From contig JAPZAR010000023.1 of the NCBI GenBank assembly GCA_027460535.1, positions 1 to 32,000 of the forward strand: a DNA stretch of 32,000 nt, given 5' to 3'. The stretch is from Candidatus Methanoperedens sp. (GTDB lineage: Archaea; Halobacteriota; Methanosarcinia; Methanosarcinales; Methanoperedenaceae). Numbering within the stretch: the stretch's first letter is position 1; every line of letters begins with the position of its first letter. Made by a program: the position numbers and the translations under genes. Positions 1 through 8,205 of this stretch are shown here, piece after piece. The notes below the pieces were generated by a model that did no database searches, was not told the DNA's origin, and saw only the letters and a program-made list of their open reading frames with translations.

Positions 1-400
1 TTTTTCCAACATCAAATTTTCCTAAATTCGTGGTATTGGAAAATGGATTGCTGGGCGAGTTCCATGTTTCGTTATGCCAAGCCCCATCGTTCCAGTACAA
101 TTCTACTTTACCTAAAATACCATTATCGCTTGCATTAATGGCAATTATAACATTGTCTTTATCAGTTGGCTCAATTGGTGAACGAGCTACTGAAATGTTA
201 GGCTGAGTCCTATCTAAAATTGTAAACGAATATGTGGAAGTCTGTTGAGTATTTCCACTTGTATCATTTGCAACCGAATAATATTGAATTATTTTTCCAA
301 CATCAAATTTTCCTAAATTCGTGGTATTGGAAAATGGATTGCTGGGCGAGTTCCATGTTTCGTTATGCCAAGCCCCATCGTTCCAGTACAATTCTACTTT
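1..400. repeat. Intragenic tandem repeat, period 291 bp (97 codons), with a 109-bp block identical between copies (1-109 = 292-400)
   Basis: Direct comparison of the two stretches: tttttccaacatcaaattttcctaaattcgtgg...ccagtacaattctacttta occurs at 1-109 and again at 292-400 with no mismatch. Flanking parts of the repeat units are diverged. Confidence 0.9.
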
Positions 401-2347
401 ATTCAAACCTGCAGTGTCATTAGCGCTGACTGTTATTGAGACCGAATCCTGATCCGTAGGATTCTGGGGCGAATGCGATGCTCCAACGCTCGGAGCCAGG
501 TCGTCAGTTATGGTAAAAAATTCCGAATATTTATATCTATCATTTATATATACCTTCACTTCCCATTGTCCAATTTTATCTGACGCCAAGCATCCATTTA
601 TACAGGTCCAATCCCAAAAATTATAGTCCCAATAATCATATCCTTGGGTTCTTGGGTCTGGAGATGTAAAGGAGGATGTGCTAAATAGTACACCAGAGGG
701 AGTATACCATTCCCACTTAACAGTGAGGCTATCAGCAACATTTCCCAATCTAAGCCATGATTCGGCTTTCTCATCTGTTATAGAAAATGTTGTTGTCCTA
801 TTAATCGGATTATATGGAGAGGTTTTTTCATGGTCTTTTTCCATCGTATGGTCTGCAATATTGTAACTTATTGTAAAAGTGTCTGAGAAGTTATATTTGC
901 TATCAACATACGATTTTACTGACCAATTTCCAGGACGGTTTGCTGCATCGTACCCGTTAATATTTATCGATGACCAGGTCTTATACCATACATAATACAT
1001 ATCCTGTCCTGGGTCGGAGGCGATAGTCGTGCTACTATTGTATAGTGTATTGTTTGGGTCATACCATTCCCATTTTTGAGTAAATGCCTGTGAAACATTT
1101 GTAAATTTTGTCCACGATTCTGCCTTTGTATCTCTAATTGAAAATACTTTTGTTGCGTTTATGGGATCGTATGGGCTCGAAGACTGATGATCTTTTGCTG
1201 TTTTATGTTCTGAAACAATATATCCTATTGTGAAATGCTCAGTTGCTGCCACATTATAACCACTTCCATCATCTACATAGATGTTAACAGTCCAATTTCC
1301 CGGTTCATTAGCCGCCGAATAGTTTTTGATGGATACCCCGCACCAGACTTTGTACCAACTCCAATAATCATATCCGCTGGCTTTGGGATCTTGCGTAGTA
1401 GTGTAACATTCTGTATAATAATTGTTATTTGGATCATACCATTTCCACGTAACGTTTAATGAAGCATATACATTTGTAAATTTAATCCATGTCATGGCTC
1501 TGGTATCTGTTGTTCTAAAGAAATCCGTTTCATAAATCGGATCATATGGATATGAAGAATTGACATCACGGCTATTAGTAGTAATTATAGAAGAATAATT
1601 TGATGATGCGGTTATATAAGTGGATATATTAGATATAACACCATACCCATACCCTACGACTTGATTTGTCGATGCATTACTTGTAACATTATTTGTAACA
1701 TCAACCGTATTTTCTACTGAACCTGAGAGATAAGAAGTATTATCTGAATATCTACTCGAAAGACTATACCCACCTGAAATATTTAATCCGCCTTCATTAA
1801 TGCTACTAGCTAAATAACTGCTTGCATTATTAGCACTGCCCACATAGGAGATTCCGCCATTAGCGCATGTGGATGTATTCGCCGGTATATCGGCACTTGA
1901 TAGCGAAGATGAAGATGGTGGTGGCGTACAGCTTGTTGATTGTTCTTGTACGGTTAATTGTGTTTGATTGCTGCCCTGTAATCCGCTTTTATCAGTCGCA
2001 GTAACTACTACATAATAATCGTTGCTAATTAGAGATGGTGCTGTTATTGAACCGCTTGCGGTTGCCGTATCTGAGTCATATGATAGAGTTGATTGTGAGA
2101 GAACATAACCCGCTCCATTTTGAACTTTAGCTGTAACAGTGGTGATATCTGCATTCCCATTTGAGTCTGTTACAGATGCAGACAAACTAACTGCTTGTCC
2201 CTGATAAGCTGGATTTGGACTAAGAATTGGAACTCCCACAAAAGGAGCTTGATTACTTACTCCAACGGTACCCCCTGCAATCTCAACAACTGCTGTCGTA
2301 GCTGCCATCATCATCAGCGCTATCAAAATCCACCCAGCTTTCGTCAT
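1..2347 (-). CDS. Large secreted, repeat-rich cell-surface protein (S-layer/adhesin-like); C-terminal part runs off the left edge (partial)
   Basis: Absent from the ORF track because it has no stop inside the window. Hand translation of the minus strand from ATG 2347 stays open to position 2; other in-frame ATGs lie at 2407 and 2416, with an in-frame stop at 2423-2425. The N-terminus MTKAGWILIALMMMAATTAVVEIAGGTVGVSNQAPFVG... has a short charged n-region plus hydrophobic core typical of a signal peptide. It is followed by an Ig-like segment, an S/N/T-rich linker, three ~120-aa Trp-rich repeats and at least two 97-aa repeats. My translation has more than 20 N-x-S/T sequons. No named family recognised. 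Confidence 0.8.
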   Translation of the reverse strand, partial: MTKAGWILIALMMMAATTAVVEIAGGTVGVSNQAPFVGVPILSPNPAYQGQAVSLSASVTDSNGNADITTVTAKVQNGAGYVLSQSTLSYDSDTATASGSITAPSLISNDYYVVVTATDKSGLQGSNQTQLTVQEQSTSCTPPPSSSSLSSADIPANTSTCANGGISYVGSANNASSYLASSINEGGLNISGGYSLSSRYSDNTSYLSGSVENTVDVTNNVTSNASTNQVVGYGYGVISNISTYITASSNYSSIITTNSRDVNSSYPYDPIYETDFFRTTDTRAMTWIKFTNVYASLNVTWKWYDPNNNYYTECYTTTQDPKASGYDYWSWYKVWCGVSIKNYSAANEPGNWTVNIYVDDGSGYNVAATEHFTIGYIVSEHKTAKDHQSSSPYDPINATKVFSIRDTKAESWTKFTNVSQAFTQKWEWYDPNNTLYNSSTTIASDPGQDMYYVWYKTWSSININGYDAANRPGNWSVKSYVDSKYNFSDTFTISYNIADHTMEKDHEKTSPYNPINRTTTFSITDEKAESWLRLGNVADSLTVKWEWYTPSGVLFSTSSFTSPDPRTQGYDYWDYNFWDWTCINGCLASDKIGQWEVKVYINDRYKYSEFFTITDDLAPSVGASHSPQNPTDQDSVSITVSANDTAGLNKVELYWNDGAWHNETWNSPSNPFSNTTNLGKFDVGKIIQYYSVANDTSGNTQQTSTYSFTILDRTQPNISVARSPIEPTDKDNVIIAINASDNGILGKVELYWNDGAWHNETWNSPSNPFSNTTNLGKFDVGK
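500..1558. repeat. Three diverged tandem ~120-aa Trp-rich domain repeats inside the surface protein gene
   Basis: The motif W[KE]WY[DT]P recurs on the minus strand at 1427-1447, 1052-1072 and 695-715 (spacing 375 and 357 bp). Each unit reads SPY[DN]PI...[ST]W.[KR][FL].NV...W.WY.P......DP...Y..W......I.......GNW/GQW.V..Y[VI][DN]....F[TS]I. Confidence 0.7.
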
Positions 2348-2783
2348 GTGGCCGTTCTTTCTGCTCTGCTTGCCCTCTTTTAGGTTGTGGTTTTTCAAAA
2401 AAGTCATACTATCCATCCCGCATCATCTATCATTAATAATGATCCGTTATTTCTAAGGGCGCACCCTCCATAAACCTTATCTAATATCATTTTTCCAACT
2501 GATCACCATGGTGGGGCGATGGCAACTCCATCGATGCTTTTTTCTGAAAGAGACCACCGATATTCTTTTCTACCAATTCAAGCTACTTAAAACTTTCCAT
2601 TGAATTTTATAATTATTATAATTATTAGTATTATTATTATGAGGTATTATAGAGAGATTATGGGAATTAAGCTGATGTTTTTGTTAATATTTTTATATGC
2701 TTTCTCCAATTCATCTCGGGTCAAGTTTTATTTCATTTATCTCTCTTAAACGTAATCTGAATCAAGATCCTTTCAATCAAGGA

Positions 2784-3014
2784 TTATGCAACGGGAAATA
2801 GCAAATTAAACCTGAAATCCACCCATACCGAACTTCTGGGCAGATATTGGCCAGAAAAAGCTGTATGCGCTATTAGGACATCCTCAGAAAGATGAGCACC
2901 GAATCCGATACCTGCGAATATGAATGAATCGGGGAACCTTATGCCAACAGTCTCTAAGAATAAAACAACCAGGACTGCAAAAAAAAGCAGCGCTGGGTAA
3001 AACTTGCTGAGCAC
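2784..3014 (-). CDS. Hypothetical small hydrophobic protein, or a fragment of a membrane protein
   Basis: 76-codon ORF with a GTG start only. One clear hydrophobic segment (YPALLFFAVLVVLFLETVG). The frame is open upstream to 3077 without an ATG, so it may be a remnant. No domain recognised. Confidence 0.2.
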   Translation of the reverse strand: MLSKFYPALLFFAVLVVLFLETVGIRFPDSFIFAGIGFGAHLSEDVLIAHTAFSGQYLPRSSVWVDFRFNLLFPVA

Positions 3015-3191
3015 GGTAGCGCTAACATCAGCAGGTATGATTGGGTTTTTCGGTCTCGTGAGCCTGCGGAAAAGAGATTAGATAATTACCATAAAAAATT
3101 TATTTAAGAAAAGTTTCTTCCCTTTCACCTGCACCGTAGGAGTTTCTGCCCTCTAATAATGTGGTCATACCACAAAAAGCCTTACTATAAG

Positions 3192-4916
3192 TCATTCTGG
3201 GATAATTGCAGGAATTATCTTGAATGCATTTACATCAACTAGCCCTTTATCCGTTATCTTCAATTCAGGGATAACGGGAAGCGAGAGGAAGGATGTCTGG
3301 ACAAAAGGGACATCCAGTTCGCATCCCATTTTTTTGACTAGGCTGTGCAGATCTTTTATTCTCTTATCCACTTCGTATGCGCTTTCGGTGCTGAGAATGC
3401 CCGCAAATGGAAGATGAAGGCAATCCAGTACCCTGTCATTTGCTATCACTATTCCTCCCTGCAGTTCCCTTATCTTGTTCGCACAGAGTGCCATATCCTC
3501 AAAATTTGTGCCTATAAGAATGACATTATGCGAGTCGTGCGCAATGCTCTGCCCGAAAGCACCCTCCTTCAGGGTAAATCCACGGACGAAACCCCTGCCC
3601 ACGTTCCGGGATTTGCCATGACGTTCTATCACAGCTATCGCTAGTATATCTCGATCGATGTCAGGCTGAACAGTCCCTCTATCCGTCTTTAATTCCTCTA
3701 TGCTTCTCCCTGTGAGAAGTTTGCCCGGTAAGACTTCTATTATGTGAGCAGACACTCTTTTTTTCCTGGAATATATCTTAAGATGATCCGAGTCTATTTT
3801 TTTATATTTCACTGTCCTGAGAACATATTCTGGATATTCTATTCCTGTTATTTCTGGTTTTATTTTGCCGCGTATTACCACATCTTTGATCTTGAAAGCG
3901 GCCAGATCCTCAAGTATTAAAAAGTTCGCTCTTCGGCCTATGCTTATCGAACCAACGAGCTGGTCTATCCTGTAATGGCGGGCAGTGTTGATACTAGCCA
4001 TGGAAATCGCTACGACAGGCTCGATTCCAAGCTTGATGGCTTTTCTTACCACTGCATCCATATGCCCTTCGATAAGGTCACCCGGAAGTTTGTCGTCTGT
4101 GACGAAAAAGAAGTTTTCGAGGGAGATCCTGTCTGTAAGCAGTCTGGGAATGAACTCATCCAGGCATTTTGCAGCCGAGCCTTCGCGAAGCATGATCTTC
4201 ATGCCAAGGCGCGCTTTTTCAAGTGCCTCATCATATGTTACGGATTCGTGATCGCTTGAGATACCCGCGCTCATATAACCGAACAGCTCACTGCCTCGCA
4301 TGCCGGGGGAGTGTCCATCCACAACGAGTTTTCTTTCAAGGGAAGCTGAAATCATTGCAAGCTTTTCGGGGTTTCCGCGCAGGATTTCGGGATAATCCAT
4401 TACTTCGCCAAGACCTACCACGAATTTCTTGTCCAGAAACTTTCTTATTTCCCGAAGACCCAGCAATGCGCCCGATGTCTCAAGAGGACTGGATGGAACA
4501 CATGATGATAAGGTAATAAAAACATCAATCGGAAGTTTTCGTGCCTCACGCATGACCAGCCTGATGCCTTTCGTGCCAAGGATGTTGGCGATCTCATGTG
4601 GATCGATGACAATGCCGGTTGTCCCGTGGAGAGCGGATTGTTTTGCAAATTGCGTGAGTGTTATCATGCTCGACTCAAAATGCACATGCCCGTCAATCAA
4701 TCCGGGGCAGACACAGTCATTTTTTATGTCCAGCACCAGCGTCTTTGGGCCGGTGAGAGCCTTCACATCACCAATGCCTGAAATGAACCCGGAGCTAATT
4801 GCTATATCACCTTTTGTGATCTCTTTTGTGTTGACATTTACAATTCTGCAGTTCTTGAAAACGGTGTTAGCCTTGGTTCTGCCCTCCCCTGCAAAGATCT
4901 TATCCCTTAAATACAT
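3192..4916 (-). CDS. ade: Adenine deaminase (amidohydrolase superfamily)
   Basis: 574 aa, the typical length. N-terminal metal-binding motif GLIDGHVHFESSM and overall similarity to Ade/AdeC family proteins (..VFKNCRIVNV....GDIAI..G.I..IG..). Confidence 0.9.
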   Translation of the reverse strand: MYLRDKIFAGEGRTKANTVFKNCRIVNVNTKEITKGDIAISSGFISGIGDVKALTGPKTLVLDIKNDCVCPGLIDGHVHFESSMITLTQFAKQSALHGTTGIVIDPHEIANILGTKGIRLVMREARKLPIDVFITLSSCVPSSPLETSGALLGLREIRKFLDKKFVVGLGEVMDYPEILRGNPEKLAMISASLERKLVVDGHSPGMRGSELFGYMSAGISSDHESVTYDEALEKARLGMKIMLREGSAAKCLDEFIPRLLTDRISLENFFFVTDDKLPGDLIEGHMDAVVRKAIKLGIEPVVAISMASINTARHYRIDQLVGSISIGRRANFLILEDLAAFKIKDVVIRGKIKPEITGIEYPEYVLRTVKYKKIDSDHLKIYSRKKRVSAHIIEVLPGKLLTGRSIEELKTDRGTVQPDIDRDILAIAVIERHGKSRNVGRGFVRGFTLKEGAFGQSIAHDSHNVILIGTNFEDMALCANKIRELQGGIVIANDRVLDCLHLPFAGILSTESAYEVDKRIKDLHSLVKKMGCELDVPFVQTSFLSLPVIPELKITDKGLVDVNAFKIIPAIIPE

Positions 4917-5028
4917 AATATCAGGTTATTTTTTATATTAATAAAAGATTGCTCTCTTGCTCCTGTGAAAGCCTACGTATATATACAAGAAAGACCCAAA
5001 TTATAATTGGGAATTGGAGGTAAAAATC

Positions 5029-5313
5029 ATGGCAAAATATATTATTGTCTCTAAACTGACAGATGAAGGTGCAAAGACTCTCAAGAAGAACCCCGGCAGG
5101 GTGAAAGAAGTCAATGCGGAACTGAAAGACATGGACGTAAATGTGCTCGACCAGTATGCAGTGCTGGGGGATTTTGACTTTTTGACGATCGTGGAAGCTG
5201 ATGACGAAACCACTATCACCAAGGCAGCTGTAGAAATATTATCCCGGGGGAGCATCAGGACAGCGACATACAGGGCAATACCCGTTGACGATTTCATAGA
5301 ATCGCTAAGATAG
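5029..5313 (+). CDS. GYD domain-containing protein
   Basis: MAKYIIVSKLTDEGAKTLKKNPGRVKEVNAELKDMDVNVLDQYAVLGDFDFLTIVEADDE... matches the GYD family pattern over its full ~95 aa. I prefer ATG 5029, preceded by GGAGGT at 5016-5021, over the track's TTG at 5014. Confidence 0.85.
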   Translation: MAKYIIVSKLTDEGAKTLKKNPGRVKEVNAELKDMDVNVLDQYAVLGDFDFLTIVEADDETTITKAAVEILSRGSIRTATYRAIPVDDFIESLR

Positions 5314-5683
5314 GTCTGGGATCCAGCGGTTTCCGGGTCCTGGATTCTTCCAATAGCGGGTTATTGAGCATAGCCATTTGGCTTGATAGAAAATTATTAT
5401 AAATTCTTCAGAAATCTTATGCTGGATCCTATTGAGAGGGCTCTGCTTACCAGAAATATAGTATGCGAACCTGAGAAAATACTACCGCTTCAGGTCTTCG
5501 AGGTTCTACGGTGGCATAGCGACAGCGGATTGCGTGGGCTGTTGCCTGAGATGTGTCTTCTGCTGGTCGTGGAATGCGACCACACGGCCGGAGGTGTGCG
5601 GAAAGTTCTACTCTCCTTTGGAGGTCGCAGTCCGTCATCCTGAGCGAGTCTGACCAAATTCCTGCTTTACACAAACTTATTTT

Positions 5684-6769
5684 ATGCTGGAAACGTATAT
5701 TGAGATGTCAGGCATTAGATGGGGGAAAATTATGACAATTAACCTGGATCATATCCAGATAACGAGAAGGGAATTTTTCAATGAATTAGAAACCATTTTT
5801 CCTCCTGCTGCTGTGGGAAAAACACCTTTTGAAGTTGTAGATGAGGATAAGCGGTTCAATTTTAAGCTCCTTAGATATATAACGGAAAAGGATAAAAATA
5901 GAACCTTACTCCTAGTTCCACATATAATAAACAGACCCTATATCCTCGATCTCAACGATGATGTCAGTGTAGTGAGAAAGTTCTGTGATAATGGGTTTTC
6001 AGTTTATATGTTAGATTGGGGCTATCCCAGGATGGAACAAAGAGAGGTCTCCTTTTCAAATTATGTAGATTATTTGGATAAGGCTGTTGATCTTATTTGC
6101 AGGGAGAGAGGAATTAAAGAGGTTTCGGTTCTGGGATATTGTACCGGAGGCATAATTTCGCTCATGTACGCCTCATTACATCCAGAAAAGGTGGAAAAGC
6201 TTATCCTGATGGCAACTCCGGTGGATTTTTCCAGATGGGATGATATAAGGATACTGTGGGGAAGGGTATTTGATGTCCGCAGCATTGTGTCCCTTTTCGG
6301 CAATGTTCCAGGTGAGTTGATCCTCCTTTTTGGCCGCAATTTGTTCATGTACTATCTTCCAATTTTTTCGATGAGTGTGGAATTCAATAGAGAATTTTTA
6401 ACTTATGAGTCGTGGAGGGATGCATTAAGAATGAACAGATGGTTCATTGATACGCCAATGATACCTGGCCCAACATATGTTCAATTCATTGAGGACTGCT
6501 ATCAGCGAAATTTACTCATCAATAACAGGATGAAAATCGATTCCAATGTGATCGACCTGAGAAAAATTCGCAGCCCTCTGCTTAACATAATCGCTAAATA
6601 TGACCATATTGTACCTTTATCGGCCGCTAGAACGCTGAAGGATGTTTATTCTGGAAAGAGTTATAAGGAAATCGTCTTCCCTTCGTCCCATACTGGTCTT
6701 TCAGTGAGCCGGCAAGCGCATTTGAACCTGTGGCCTGATGTATGTGAATGGTTAGTGCTGACTGAATGA
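5684..6769 (+). CDS. phaC: Class III-type poly(3-hydroxyalkanoate) synthase catalytic subunit PhaC (alpha/beta hydrolase)
   Basis: ~355 aa. Lipase-box-like GYCTGG with Cys nucleophile. Downstream LLNIIAKYDHIVP (Asp) and FPSSHTGLSVS (His) sit at the spacing of the PhaC catalytic triad. The true start may be the internal ATG at 5732 (MTINLD...). Confidence 0.8.
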   Translation: MLETYIEMSGIRWGKIMTINLDHIQITRREFFNELETIFPPAAVGKTPFEVVDEDKRFNFKLLRYITEKDKNRTLLLVPHIINRPYILDLNDDVSVVRKFCDNGFSVYMLDWGYPRMEQREVSFSNYVDYLDKAVDLICRERGIKEVSVLGYCTGGIISLMYASLHPEKVEKLILMATPVDFSRWDDIRILWGRVFDVRSIVSLFGNVPGELILLFGRNLFMYYLPIFSMSVEFNREFLTYESWRDALRMNRWFIDTPMIPGPTYVQFIEDCYQRNLLINNRMKIDSNVIDLRKIRSPLLNIIAKYDHIVPLSAARTLKDVYSGKSYKEIVFPSSHTGLSVSRQAHLNLWPDVCEWLVLTE

Positions 6770-7289
6770 ATGTATTGGCCGTTGACATGGACAAAGACGG
6801 TAAATCCGCCATAAACTGTCCTTTCCAATTTCCTTAACAATATCGCTTGCGCTGATTATGCCGGCGGGGTTCGCTCAGGTCCCTTCCCATCATCAGCAGC
6901 CTGTGGATACGTTTTTTCTGCATAATATCTGCTATTTTTTTTTCCCGAAGTACTTTTGGTTTTCTTTCTTTTCGTATTGTCCCAATATAGAGATATTTGT
7001 ATTTATGATCCTTAATTTCCATGAATGCACTTTTCACAGTGCATTTGTTAACGTCAAATTTAAGATAACAAACGGTTATCTGGGTAACAAGAGAATCCGA
7101 GCAGAAATCAACTGAAGAAATTGAGTTCAAGCGAAGGTTGGCTTGAATTACTATCCATCTCAAGATCGCAACTAAATGAAAAACGATGATGACTGAATTT
7201 GTAAGAATACATCGACTAATCATTGAATTGGAAATGTCGCCATGCTATGGAGGACGGCATAATGTTGACTGACTTTTTCACAGGTCTAC

Positions 7290-7721
7290 TTGCCAGCGAT
7301 TAAAACCGAGATACAAGAAGCAGGAGAGCAGAAGCTTGAATTGCCAGTTGGAAAAGGGGAATTTATTCTCGTTGCTGAAGATGAAGTCTCAATTTGTGAG
7401 ATTACTCGCTCGACATTGGAAGCATACGGATATAAAGTGCTCACAGCAGAGAATGGTGCTCAGGCAGTAGCATTGTATACCCAAAATGAAGATAAAATCA
7501 AAGTTGTGCTTATGGACATGATGATGCCAGTCATGGATGGTCAAACGAGCATTCGAGCTATTCGCAAAATTAATCCTGATGTCAAAATTATTGCAGTCAG
7601 TGGATTAACGGGGAAAGATAGACTTGCGAATGTTGCTCATTATACAAGGGCTTTTTTGCCAAAACCTTTCACTACTGAGAGGTTGTTAAAGACCGTACAT
7701 GAGGTTTTAAGTGCAAAATAA
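7290..7721 (+). CDS. Stand-alone receiver (REC, CheY-like) domain; apparent 5'-truncated remnant of a hybrid sensor histidine kinase
   Basis: EFILVAEDE...VVLMDMMMPVMDG...IIAVSG...FLPKPF is a canonical REC domain. There is no in-frame ATG before the domain (TTG 7290). The frame reads ..TFSQVYLPAIKTE.. just after an in-frame stop at 7266-7268, which looks like the end of an HATPase_c domain. Confidence 0.6.
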   Translation: MPAIKTEIQEAGEQKLELPVGKGEFILVAEDEVSICEITRSTLEAYGYKVLTAENGAQAVALYTQNEDKIKVVLMDMMMPVMDGQTSIRAIRKINPDVKIIAVSGLTGKDRLANVAHYTRAFLPKPFTTERLLKTVHEVLSAK

Positions 7722-8205
7722 GCAGACCTGCTCACTGAGACAAACAGTTAGGTTTCAAATACCGACCTTATGAATTGGTGGTTACCGGCTGTGGAACAAA
7801 AATAGGTGACAGGATTGGCACTGCTTTAACCTGCACTGGCGTCTGGCATAATTTGTTAAACCTGTACCCTGCTTAATTCTGTCCCACAGCCGGTTATAAA
7901 GTAGTGGGGCCAATACAAGGGCCGACGCATGCATATGGAACCAAACCGCAACGTGCACAAAGCACGCAAAGATGGGACATTTGTTTTAAACTTATAATAC
8001 TTAAATTGTATAGTTATAATATATTGGACATTTGGATAATCAAGCCATCATGAATCCTAAAATTTCAGCAGTATTTAAATATTTATCGAACATAAAAGAA
8101 TGGCATTATAACGAAAAATCGAAAAACGCTTGTTACTGGGTGGCTTGGGCTTCAAAGGTTGAAACCGGGCAAAAGAACTGGCAGTAGAAACAAAGTTTAC
8201 TCAAC

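Noticed and set aside
2607-2640. ttataattattataattattagtattattattat low-complexity tract as a possible microsatellite or repeat array
   Set aside because: It is an imperfect ATT/ATA-rich stretch in the promoter-side spacer of the surface protein gene, with no defined unit or spacers. It is ordinary AT-rich archaeal intergenic DNA.
5383-5643. 86-codon ORF (TTG start) in the GYD-phaC spacer
   Set aside because: No domain features. An equally long ORF exists on the opposite strand. The region folds into many hairpins, so it is treated as possible RNA or relic rather than a CDS.
6834-7223. 129-codon minus-strand ORF listed in the track
   Set aside because: AT-rich. It contains two perfect hairpins and a T9 run, has odd composition and no recognisable domain. 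It sits in what looks like a degraded spacer, so it is probably not a gene.
8050-8187. 45-codon ORF (MNPKISAVFKYLSNIKEWHYNEKSKNACYWVAWASKVETGQKNWQ*) upstream of the glycan cluster
   Set aside because: No motif, no obvious ribosome-binding or promoter context, and AT-rich. It cannot be distinguished from chance.
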